Shown here piece after piece: positions 1 through 10,141 of a stretch of DNA of 12,666 nucleotides. Position numbers and translations under genes: made by a program. How positions within the stretch are numbered: the first letter of the stretch is position 1; every line of letters starts with the position of its first letter. The notes beneath the pieces were generated by a model that was not told where the DNA came from, did not search any database, and saw only the letters and a program-made list of their open reading frames with translations. Origin of the DNA: Opitutus sp. GAS368 (GTDB lineage: Bacteria; Verrucomicrobiota; Verrucomicrobiia; Opitutales; Opitutaceae); NCBI GenBank assembly GCA_945861645.1, contig CAMAVZ010000048.1, positions 1 through 12,666 on the forward strand, read 5' to 3'.

Positions 1-167
1 TAGCTGACGCGCTGTTCGACTGAGACCAACGTGCTAGCCGCGGGTTTGGGTGGGGCCTCCTTCGTCGCCTTGCTACAAGCGGGTAAAAGCAACGCCATGG
101 CGGCCAAAGCGATGCTGAGGGAAGTAATGGAGCGAGCGCTCGTTGGACGGGAGGCAACAGATGTCAT
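1..167 (-). CDS. 5' part of a lipoprotein (runs off the window), probably an FKBP-type peptidyl-prolyl isomerase (FkpA/Mip-like)
   Basis: Not in the ORF track. Translated by hand from ATG at 167: MTSVASRPTSARSITSLSIALAAMALLLPACSKATKEAPPKPAASTLVSVEQRVS+TA. It has a hydrophobic h-region, a lipobox-like LPA-C (Cys31, nt 75-77) and a Pro/Ala linker. 'SVEQRVS(Y)' resembles the 'xxEQKxSYxxG' start of the FKBP N-terminal dimerisation domain. The PPIase call rests only on this short motif, and the last codon is incomplete. Confidence 0.6.
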   Translation of the reverse strand, partial: MTSVASRPTSARSITSLSIALAAMALLLPACSKATKEAPPKPAASTLVSVEQRVS

Positions 168-234
168 ATGGAAGAGACAATAAAAGGGCCGAACGCGGCG
201 GTGACAAGGCTCGGTTTCGTTGCAGCAGGTATAA

Positions 235-257
235 TGGCTAATTTTAAAAATTAGCCA
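235..257. repeat. Perfect inverted repeat TGGCTAATTTT-A-AAAATTAGCCA (11-bp arms, 1-nt spacer)
   Basis: Arms 235-245 and 247-257 are exact reverse complements. It lies in the intergenic region upstream of the lipoprotein gene. Function (operator or hairpin) unknown. Confidence 0.6.
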
Positions 258-274
258 CGAGGGCCGAACGGTAT

Positions 275-305
275 CAGCCAGCCAACCGCCGCGATTGATT
301 GGCTA
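275..305 (-). terminator. Stem-loop 3' of the 325..936 gene (possible terminator or RNA-stabilising hairpin)
   Basis: Minus-strand RNA UAGCCAAUCAAUCG-CGG-CGGUUGGCUGGCUG pairs over ~14 positions with G-U wobbles and one mismatch, about 20 nt after the stop codon. No U-tract follows, so it is not a canonical intrinsic terminator. Confidence 0.3.
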
Positions 306-324
306 TAAAATGATCCAAAAGATT

Positions 325-936
325 TTAGCGATGCCCCCCACGGTGGGTACCGTGGCCCCCGTGCCAGGCACCGTGACCACGGTGGCCGTAAGACCCGCCA
401 TGGCTCTGATGCCCGCCAAAACCCCAACCGAGGCCGACGCCTACAGCCAATGGGGTCCAAAAGTCCCAGGCAGGATTGTAAGCGCGAATGTAGCGGGGCG
501 AATAATAGACGGGTTCGCGCTGCGTGTAATAAATGGTTTCTGGTTGCGCGTAGACCACCGTCGGAGCCGGAGTTGGCTCTGCTACCACCGTATAGGTAGC
601 CTTTGATAGTGCGGCGGCCCGCACAGGAGTAGCCGCCGCCACTTCTACCGTGGTAGTGTAGGCAAAAGCCCGCGTACTGCCGTCCGGATACTGGTAGACA
701 ACAATCATGCGATCGGGAGTCTGTTCCATGCGCAAAATAGTCAGACCTTCCGCTTCAGCATCCTTCAATAAAGAGGTGGGGGTGGGCAATTTCTCGACCG
801 CCACCAACCCATTTAACGTCACTGGCGCTAGCGGTGCAGCGGAAGCTGGGGCGGGAGCATTTTCCTGAGCTAAAACAGATGAACTGACCAGACTCGCGGC
901 CAGTAAAAATGACGAAAAAAGAGCGGTGGTTTTCAT
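325..936 (-). CDS. Secreted/exported hypothetical protein with a Tyr/Pro-rich region and Gly/His-rich C-terminal tail
   Basis: 203 aa with an ATG start. Sec-type signal peptide MKTTALFSSFLLAASLVSSSVLA|QE, Pro/Ala linker, small globular segment, 'TVVY..ETIYY..EPVYY' repeats, WDFWTPLAVGVGLGWGFGG, then a G/H-rich tail. A plausible promoter lies directly upstream. Confidence 0.8.
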   Translation of the reverse strand: MKTTALFSSFLLAASLVSSSVLAQENAPAPASAAPLAPVTLNGLVAVEKLPTPTSLLKDAEAEGLTILRMEQTPDRMIVVYQYPDGSTRAFAYTTTVEVAAATPVRAAALSKATYTVVAEPTPAPTVVYAQPETIYYTQREPVYYSPRYIRAYNPAWDFWTPLAVGVGLGWGFGGHQSHGGSYGHRGHGAWHGGHGTHRGGHR

Positions 937-962
937 GGATAATAGAATGGTAACTCAGCTAG

Positions 963-991
963 ACCGTAAGCGTTAGGATTGGTGCCGTCAA
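963..991 (-). promoter_or_regulatory. Sigma70-type promoter of the 203-aa secreted protein gene
   Basis: Minus strand reads TTGACG (991-986), 17 nt, TACGGT (968-963). The predicted start site near 956 gives a ~20-nt leader before ATG 936. Confidence 0.55.
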
Positions 992-1090
992 ATCTGAGTT
1001 AAAACGGAGACGGAGAAAACCTGATTTAACCGCTGCATTTTAAGTCGTCCTAGCTTGTCTCGCAGGGGCGGAAGCCTCGTTGTGGCGCTA

Positions 1091-3670
1091 ATGTCACTGC
1101 CGTCAACCGCCCCGCTGGCCCCCCTGAGTGGATGCCCGCATCCCGAGGCAGTGCTCGACGCCTTTCTCCAAGCGATGACGGCGCGCGGGCTGACGCTTTA
1201 TCCGGAACAGGAAGAGGCCATACTCGAGCTGTTCGCAGGCCGTAACGTCGTGCTTAATACGCCGACCGGCTCGGGTAAATCATTGGTGGCGGCAGCCCTG
1301 CATTTCAAAGCACTCTGCGCGGGGCAGCGCTCGGTTTACACCTGTCCCATTAAAGCGTTAGTTAACGAAAAATTCCTCAGCCTCTGTCGAGATTTTGGTC
1401 CGGAAAATGTCGGCATGATGACCGGTGATGCTTCGGTCAACCCCCACGCGCCCGTGTTGTGCTGCACGGCAGAGATTCTGGCGAACATCGCGTTGACCCG
1501 CGGCGCGCACGCCGAGGTGAGCGCGGTGATCATGGATGAATTTCATTATTACTCAGATGATGAACGGGGCTACGCTTGGCAGGTTCCCCTGCTCACTCTG
1601 CCGCAAGCGCGCTTTTTACTGATGTCCGCCACGTTGGGCTCAACGGATTTTTTTGAACGTGAATTAACCCGCGTGACGGGTGCCCCCAGTCTCACGGTAC
1701 GAAGCGATCGACGACCAGTCCCGCTCGCTTTTGAATATTCGGAAACCCCGTTGGCGGAACGGGTGAGCCAATTGCTCCTCGCGCAACGCGCGCCGGTCTA
1801 CCTCGTCCATTTTACCCAGCGGGCGGCGGCCGAAGCGGCCCAAGCTTTAATGAGCCTACCGATTTGCACGAAGACAGAAAAAACAACGCTCGCGACCGCC
1901 TTGGAAGCGGTGAAATTCAATAGTCCTTACGGAAAAGATATGAAGCGCTGGCTGCGCCATGGCATTGGCGTGCACCATGCGGGGCTCTTGCCCAAATACC
2001 GTATTCTGGTCGAACAGTTGGCGCAAAAAGGTCTGCTCAAACTTATCTGCGGTACAGATACCTTGGGGGTCGGGATCAATGTTCCGATCCGTACCGTGCT
2101 CTTCACCCAGCTCTGGAAATACGATGGCAAAAAAGCGGCGATTCTCAGCGTGCGGGATTTCCGCCAAGTCTCGGGCCGAGCCGGCCGAGCCGGGTTTGAT
2201 GATCAAGGCTACGTGATCGTTCAGGCACCGGAGTATTTCATCGAAAATAAACGCGCGGAGGAAAAGGCCGCGGCTGATCCCGCCAAGAAAAAGAAGCTCG
2301 TTAAACAGCGCGCCCCTGAGGGCAGCGTGAGTTGGGATGCGAAAACATTCGAACGCCTGCGCACCGCGGCGCCGGAGGAACTTTCGTCTCATTTTGACGT
2401 ATCGCATGGCATGCTCTTGCTCGTACTAAGTCGCGACAGCGACGGCTGTCGGGCCCTGCGAGACCTCATTAATGATTGCCACGAAACCCCCACCAAGAAA
2501 CGCGCCCTACGCCAACGCGCCTGGCAGCTGTTTCGAGCCTTGGTTGCGAGAAAAATTATTGAATTTATACCCCGCGAGCCTTCCGGACGTCGCTTACGCG
2601 TTAATTTAGAGTTACAGGAAGACTTCTCCCTCCATCAAGCACTCTCACTTTATCTCATCGATACGTTACCGCTGCTGGAACGTGAATCGCCCGACTATCC
2701 GTTTGATGTGCTCACGCTCTGCGAAGCCATCGTCGAGGATCCAGAACAGATCTTGCGGCGCCAAGTCGACAAGCAGAAAGGCCTTAAAATCGAAGAATGG
2801 AAAGCGGCCGGCATTCCCTACGAGGAGCGCATGGCGAAATTAGAGGAAGTAGAACACCCCAAGCCCCTGCGAGAATTCCTCTACGAAACCTTCAACACTT
2901 TTGCGGCCGCGCACCCTTGGGTCGAACAGGAGAACGTGCGCCCCAAGTCGATCGCTCGTGAAATGTTTGAGCGCTACCAATCATTCGCCGATTACGTCCG
3001 TGACTATGGACTCGAGCGCAGTGAGGGCTTACTTTTGCGCCATCTCATGCAAGTTTGGAAAGTGCTGAATCAGACGGTACCCGCGGCGGCTAAAACGGAA
3101 GCGGTGGTCGAAATGGAAGAATATTTCCGCGAACTCATTCGCGGCGTTGATTCGAGCTTACTTGACGAATGGGAGCGTCTGAAGAATCCCGATTTTGTCG
3201 CTCTCGAACTCGCGGCCAAACCCGCGCGGCCCGCGAGCTTCGACCTGACCCGCGACACGGCGGCCTTTCGCCGCTTGGTCCGCGTGGGGGTCTTGGGTTT
3301 TCTGCAAGACGTGGCAGCCCGCGATTGGGAGGCCGCTCGCTTACGCTTGGCGGCGCCGGCCACGACGGTGGCTGATGAGACTGTCACCCTAGTCGAAAGC
3401 CGCCGCATCGAGAAAGAATTTCAGCCATATTTTGATGCCCGCGGCCGCTTCCGGCTCGATCCCGAAGGCCGCGCCTTGAAGCACACGCATTTCATTGCAA
3501 CCAGCAACGCTCGCGCCGAAGCGGGGGAAAATCTGGCAGTCGCTCAGATCTTGGCTGATCCGGAAGCCTCCAACGACTGGGAAGCCCGCTTTGAGGTCTT
3601 GCTGGATTGTTCGCGCCGAGAAAATCGCGTCGTGTTGCAATTCCTATCCGTACAACAGGTGGGGACGTGA
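1091..3670 (+). CDS. Superfamily II DExH-box (Ski2/HelY-like) helicase with DUF3516-type C-terminal region
   Basis: Q-motif LYPEQ, motif I TPTGSGKS, Ia CPIKAL, Ib [45 protein letters not shown]. The C-terminal '[11 protein letters not shown]...YGL.RSEG.LLR.L' segment is as I recall it from DUF3516 helicases. ATG 1091 is preferred over the TTG at 1055. Confidence 0.9.
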   Translation: MSLPSTAPLAPLSGCPHPEAVLDAFLQAMTARGLTLYPEQEEAILELFAGRNVVLNTPTGSGKSLVAAALHFKALCAGQRSVYTCPIKALVNEKFLSLCRDFGPENVGMMTGDASVNPHAPVLCCTAEILANIALTRGAHAEVSAVIMDEFHYYSDDERGYAWQVPLLTLPQARFLLMSATLGSTDFFERELTRVTGAPSLTVRSDRRPVPLAFEYSETPLAERVSQLLLAQRAPVYLVHFTQRAAAEAAQALMSLPICTKTEKTTLATALEAVKFNSPYGKDMKRWLRHGIGVHHAGLLPKYRILVEQLAQKGLLKLICGTDTLGVGINVPIRTVLFTQLWKYDGKKAAILSVRDFRQVSGRAGRAGFDDQGYVIVQAPEYFIENKRAEEKAAADPAKKKKLVKQRAPEGSVSWDAKTFERLRTAAPEELSSHFDVSHGMLLLVLSRDSDGCRALRDLINDCHETPTKKRALRQRAWQLFRALVARKIIEFIPREPSGRRLRVNLELQEDFSLHQALSLYLIDTLPLLERESPDYPFDVLTLCEAIVEDPEQILRRQVDKQKGLKIEEWKAAGIPYEERMAKLEEVEHPKPLREFLYETFNTFAAAHPWVEQENVRPKSIAREMFERYQSFADYVRDYGLERSEGLLLRHLMQVWKVLNQTVPAAAKTEAVVEMEEYFRELIRGVDSSLLDEWERLKNPDFVALELAAKPARPASFDLTRDTAAFRRLVRVGVLGFLQDVAARDWEAARLRLAAPATTVADETVTLVESRRIEKEFQPYFDARGRFRLDPEGRALKHTHFIATSNARAEAGENLAVAQILADPEASNDWEARFEVLLDCSRRENRVVLQFLSVQQVGT

Positions 3671-3860
3671 GCATTTCGCGGACCACCGGCAGGCTCAACC
3701 CAGACCTTCCCGCGGGAAATTTGCTCACTTGGACTTTTTGGCGGGCCGGGCCAAATCCAGATGCCCATCTGGCTTCAGCAGATCATTAGACTCACTGAAA
3801 GGTGCGGGCCAAGCCCCTCGTCATGCACATTGCTTTTGACCGAGTCGGCGACGGCAGTTT

Positions 3861-6197
<2,337 letters not shown>

Positions 6198-6284
6198 TCG
6201 CGCGCGGAGAAATTATTTTAAAATCAGCCAAGGGAGCTACGGTACCATTCGCAGCCCTTGAGGTGGTGCATCAAGCTGGATCGA

Positions 6285-6330
6285 AGCCTGGCCTGCGACC
6301 ACGCACGCCAGGCTCGGCTGTCAGCAGCCG
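6285..6330 (+). other. Two adjacent GC-rich stem-loops in the icd-glcB spacer
   Basis: AGCCTGGC-C-TGCG-ACCA-CGCA-C-GCCAGGCT (6285-6314) is followed directly by CGGCTG-TCAG-CAGCCG (6315-6330). There is no poly-U tail. Confidence 0.5.
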
Positions 6331-6401
6331 TTGCGTGCTATGCTGGGCGGAGATGCATACTAAAACAGTTTACACCGGCGAGTAATCTACAAAGGTGATT
6401 A

Positions 6402-6413
6402 ACGTATACAATT
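6402..6413 (+). promoter_or_regulatory. Candidate -10 element (TACAAT) overlapping a GTATAC palindromic core; possible glc operon promoter/operator
   Basis: TACAAT at 6407-6412 and GTATAC at 6404-6409 in AT-rich context (AACGTATACAATT). No good -35 at 16-18 bp spacing. Confidence 0.35.
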
Positions 6414-6420
6414 TTTGGCC

Positions 6421-6507
6421 ATGAATACTGATCAAGCCGCCATTCCGTACCTTCAGTTACCTAAGCCAATTCCTCCGGCCGGCGTTTCGCTTATTTTATT
6501 TTTATGA
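6421..6507 (+). CDS. Putative 28-aa upstream ORF/leader peptide whose stop overlaps the glcB start (ATGA)
   Basis: ATG 6421 reads [28 protein letters not shown] to TGA 6505-6507, overlapping ATG 6504-6506. It is below the ORF-track size cutoff, and translation is unproven. Confidence 0.25.
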   Translation: MNTDQAAIPYLQLPKPIPPAGVSLILFL

Positions 6508-8678
6508 ATCCACGAATCCAGGTCGCGGGATTACAAATTGCCGCGCCACTGCACGATTTTGTGGAGCACCACGCCGCCCCAGGCAGCGGAATCGCTTCAG
6601 CTGACGTTTGGGCAACTTTGGCAACCTTAGTTCGCGAGTTGGCGCCGACTTTGCGCACTCTGCTCGATGATCGCGATCGGCGGCAGATGAAAATCGATGA
6701 ATGGCATCGGGCCCAAGGCGCTCAGCCTTTTGACCCGAGCACTTATCAACGTTTCCTCGTCGACCTTGGTTATCTTTTGCCCGAGCCCGCTGACTTCAGC
6801 GTCATGACTGACCAGGTTGATCCAGAGATTAGCCAGATCGCTGGGCCTCAGTTAGTCGTACCAGTGAACAATGCGCGGTACGCACTCAATGCCACCAATG
6901 CTCGCTGGGGAAGTTTGTACGACGCGGCGTACGGCACCGATGTCATCAATCTGCAGACCGCGCCCATAACTCCTGGGAAATATAATCCGGTCCGGGGCGC
7001 TCACGTAATCGCGTGGGCCCGGGAATTTCTTGCGCAAGCGGCGCCGTTGCAAGCGGGTCTGCATCGCGATGCGATCGCCTATTCGGTCGATCACCAAAAA
7101 CTCAGCATACGCCTAGCCGATGGCACGACCACCGGTTTGGCGCAGCCCGAAAAATTTGTCGGCTACGCAGGGACAACCGCGGCACCGACTGTGATCTTAC
7201 TTTGCAATCACGGTTTACATTTTGAAATCCAGATCGATCGATCTCATCCAATCGGACGCACCGATGCGGCCGGCATCAAAGATGTCATGCTCGAATCAGC
7301 GATCACGACGATTCAGGACTTTGAAGACTCAGTGTCCGCCGTGGATTTCGCTGATAAAATTATTATTTATCGTAACTGGCTCGGTTTGAGCCGCGGTAAC
7401 CTGACTGCTACTTTTGAAAAAGATGGCCGCCACTTTACCCGCGCGCTCAACGCTGACCGCCAGTACACCCGACCATCGGGCGCCGCTTTAACTTTACCCG
7501 GCCGCAGTCTGCTGCTGGTGCGTAATGTCGGTCATCATATGTTTACCGATGCCGTCCTCGATCAAGCCGGGGCGGAAATTCCGGAAGGCTTTCTGGATGC
7601 ACTCATGACGTGCCTCATCGCGAGACATGATCGAGCTAATTGCACGGCCGAGCGGCCACGCAATAGCCGGACGGGAAGCATTTATATCGTCAAACCGAAG
7701 ATGCATGGGCCGGAGGAAGTCGCGCTCACTTGCGCAATATTTAAGCAGATCGAAGCGGGTTTGGGCCTTCCCCCGCTCACGATCAAGCTGGGGATTATGG
7801 ACGAGGAGCGCCGCACCACGCTCAATTTGCCGGCCTGTCTGAAAATTGCTCGGGAACGCCTCATCTTCATTAATACCGGATTTCTTGATCGAACCGGTGA
7901 TGAAATTCACACCAGTATGGAAGCTGGGCCGATGGTGCGAAAACACCTGATGAAGCAGCAGCCTTGGATTTTAGCCTACGAAGATTGGAACGTAGATATT
8001 GGGCTAGCCGCGGGCCTCCGCGGTCGGGCGCAAATCGGCAAAGGAATGTGGGCGATGCCTGACCTCATGGCCCAAATGCTTGCCACAAAAATTGGTCATC
8101 CCCAAGCCGGCGCCAATACCGCCTGGGTCCCCTCACCCACCGCTGCCACGCTTCATGCGCTGCATTATCATCGAGTGGATGTAGCGGCCCGCCAAGCGGC
8201 GCTCGCTTCGCGGCCCCGCGCTCGCCAACAAGATCTTCTTACCATTCCATTACTGATTACCTCGACACTGCCCGCAGCTGATTTGCAGCAAGAATTAGAT
8301 AACAACGCGCAAAGTATTCTCGGTTATGTGGTGCGCTGGATTGATCAAGGCATCGGCTGCTCGAAGGTGCCGGATGTTAATCATATTAGTCTAATGGAAG
8401 ATCGCGCTACCTTGCGTATTTCCAGCCAGCACCTGGCCAATTGGCTGCGCCACGGCCTCTGCAGTGAAAGCCAAGTTCGCCAAACCCTCAAGCGGATGGC
8501 TGCGATCGTGGATGGTCAAAACTCGGCCGACGTCAATTACCGCCCGATGGCGCCCGATTTTTCACAGAGCCTCGCATTCCAAGCGGCCTGCGATCTCGTC
8601 TTTGAAGGTTGTCGCCAACCCAACGGTTACACGGAACCCATCTTACATCGTTATCGGCGCGCCGCTAAAGCCCGCTAG
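6504..8678 (+). CDS. glcB: Malate synthase G
   Basis: 724 aa (MSG size) with [109 protein letters not shown] and [13 protein letters not shown]. Confidence 0.98.
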   Translation: MNPRIQVAGLQIAAPLHDFVEHHAAPGSGIASADVWATLATLVRELAPTLRTLLDDRDRRQMKIDEWHRAQGAQPFDPSTYQRFLVDLGYLLPEPADFSVMTDQVDPEISQIAGPQLVVPVNNARYALNATNARWGSLYDAAYGTDVINLQTAPITPGKYNPVRGAHVIAWAREFLAQAAPLQAGLHRDAIAYSVDHQKLSIRLADGTTTGLAQPEKFVGYAGTTAAPTVILLCNHGLHFEIQIDRSHPIGRTDAAGIKDVMLESAITTIQDFEDSVSAVDFADKIIIYRNWLGLSRGNLTATFEKDGRHFTRALNADRQYTRPSGAALTLPGRSLLLVRNVGHHMFTDAVLDQAGAEIPEGFLDALMTCLIARHDRANCTAERPRNSRTGSIYIVKPKMHGPEEVALTCAIFKQIEAGLGLPPLTIKLGIMDEERRTTLNLPACLKIARERLIFINTGFLDRTGDEIHTSMEAGPMVRKHLMKQQPWILAYEDWNVDIGLAAGLRGRAQIGKGMWAMPDLMAQMLATKIGHPQAGANTAWVPSPTAATLHALHYHRVDVAARQAALASRPRARQQDLLTIPLLITSTLPAADLQQELDNNAQSILGYVVRWIDQGIGCSKVPDVNHISLMEDRATLRISSQHLANWLRHGLCSESQVRQTLKRMAAIVDGQNSADVNYRPMAPDFSQSLAFQAACDLVFEGCRQPNGYTEPILHRYRRAAKAR

Positions 8679-8698
8679 TCAAAGCCAGTGACAAAGAC

Positions 8699-10141
8699 AT
8701 GACCGCATTTGCGACCCGCCTGTCCGCCCTGCTTCCGCCCGAGCGACTGCTCTGGGAACCGGCCCAGCTCGCGGCGTATCAGAGCGACGCCTTAACCGCC
8801 TATCGTGCTGAGCCAGTAGCCATCGCTATTCCGGAGACAGCTGATGAGGTCATCGCGTTGGTTCGTTTTTGCTTCCAAGAGAAAATTCCTTTCGTGGCCC
8901 GCGGTAGCGGGACCAGTTTATCCGGTGGTTCCCTGCCCGTAGCGGGAGGCATCGTCATCGCCTTGAATCGGCTCAACCGCATTTTACACCTTGATCCGCG
9001 GCAACGGACCGCCGTCGTTGAACCTGGGGTCATCAATCTTGCCGTCTCCACCGCCGCCTCGCCCCACGGTCTCTATTACTCCCCAGATCCTTCCAGTCAG
9101 TCGATTTGCACGATCGGCGGCAACGTGGCCTTCAATTCCGGCGGCGCGCATTGCCTGAAATACGGCATGACCTCCAACCATGTGCTCGGTCTCAAGGCGG
9201 TACTGGCCACTGGCGAAGTGGTCACCTTTGGCGGTTCGAGCCGCGAACAATTGGGTGCCGATTGGTGCGGACTATTCACGGGCAACGAAGGGCTCTTCGG
9301 GATTGCGCTTGAGATAACGCTCCAACTATTACCCAAACCCGAGTGCTATCACACCGTGTTGGCCGGCTATCGCACCTTAGAAGAAGCAGGTGATGCGGTC
9401 TCGGCCATTGTAGCGAGTGGACTCTTGCCGGGTGCAATTGAGCTGATGGACGCCTTAGCCTTAGAGGCGGCCACGGCCGCGGTTCATGCCGACTACCCCG
9501 CGGGCTGTGCAGCAGTTTTAATTGTAGAACTCGAAGGGCCCCGTGAAATCGTCGCCAGCGAACGCGAGCGCTTAGATGCGATTCTGGCCGCAAGTAAACC
9601 AGTAGAAATGCGTCCGGCCCGTGATGGCACGGAGCGACTCGCCATCTGGAAAGGCCGCAAAAGTGCCTTCAGTGCAGTCGGGCGGCTCTCACCTGATTTT
9701 ATTGTGCAAGATGGCGTCGTCCCACGACGTCGACTGGGCGAAGCCCTGCGGCGCATCGGCGAAATGACTAAAGACGCTCAACTGCGTTGCGCCAACGTGT
9801 TTCATGCCGGTGATGGCAACCTCCATCCGCTGATCCTCTACAATGGCCGTAATCCCGGTGAACTTGAACGCGCCGAAGCTCTGGCCGGGCGGATTTTAAA
9901 AATGTGCGTGGAGCTAGGTGGCTCGATTACCGGCGAACATGGGGTCGGAGTCGAAAAGCGCGACTACTTGCCCGAGATGTTTAACCCTGAGGAGATGGCC
10001 TGTCTGCATCGCATCCGCGATGCCTTCGATCCTTTAGGTCTAGCGAATCCAGGAAAAATGTTTCCGAACGGTCAAGCGCCAGCGCTCGTCAACCATGGTC
10101 TGCACCCGTTGGAAAAAGCCGGCCTCATCTCACGCGAATGA
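8699..10141 (+). CDS. glcD: Glycolate oxidase/dehydrogenase FAD-linked subunit GlcD
   Basis: FAD_binding_4 motifs [35 protein letters not shown], and C-terminal [29 protein letters not shown]. Followed by glcE and glcF. Confidence 0.92.
   Translation: MTAFATRLSALLPPERLLWEPAQLAAYQSDALTAYRAEPVAIAIPETADEVIALVRFCFQEKIPFVARGSGTSLSGGSLPVAGGIVIALNRLNRILHLDPRQRTAVVEPGVINLAVSTAASPHGLYYSPDPSSQSICTIGGNVAFNSGGAHCLKYGMTSNHVLGLKAVLATGEVVTFGGSSREQLGADWCGLFTGNEGLFGIALEITLQLLPKPECYHTVLAGYRTLEEAGDAVSAIVASGLLPGAIELMDALALEAATAAVHADYPAGCAAVLIVELEGPREIVASERERLDAILAASKPVEMRPARDGTERLAIWKGRKSAFSAVGRLSPDFIVQDGVVPRRRLGEALRRIGEMTKDAQLRCANVFHAGDGNLHPLILYNGRNPGELERAEALAGRILKMCVELGGSITGEHGVGVEKRDYLPEMFNPEEMACLHRIRDAFDPLGLANPGKMFPNGQAPALVNHGLHPLEKAGLISRE

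Noticed and set aside
328..420. Short CCACGG/CCGTG repeats as a CRISPR or tandem DNA repeat
   Set aside because: They are explained by recurring Gly-His codons on the minus strand, and there is no repeat-spacer periodicity.
251..606. ORFs 295..606 (+) and 251..460 (-)
   Set aside because: They are antisense or out-of-frame shadows of the repetitive 3' half of the 203-aa gene, with no recognisable motifs.
1055..1090. TTG start for the helicase
   Set aside because: The extra 12 residues look non-conserved, and ATG 1091 is the more plausible start. This is not proven.
1091..3670. Helicase as part of an anti-phage system (Hachiman, DISARM, Cas3-like)
   Set aside because: No partner genes, HD domain or CRISPR repeats are present, and the flanks are housekeeping genes.
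3492..3839. Short ORFs spanning the helicase 3' end and spacer (3495..3839, 3492..3728, 3544..3768, 3607..3789)
   Set aside because: They overlap a well-supported gene, have Arg/Ser/Pro-rich off-frame composition and show no motifs.
6267..6357. tRNA gene (cloverleaf-like multibranch)
   Set aside because: There is no T-loop GTTCRA in the right position, no 7-nt anticodon loop, and the arm lengths are wrong.
6204..6397. Canonical tandem glycine riboswitch
   Set aside because: GGAGA is present, but the conserved CCGAAG and CUCUCAGG elements and the P3 pairing are missing. Kept only as an unexplained structured region.
6421..6460. uORF as a remnant of a GntR/glcC gene (IPYLQL resembles PxYxQ)
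   Set aside because: The match is only a few residues with wrong spacing, and I see no HTH continuation.
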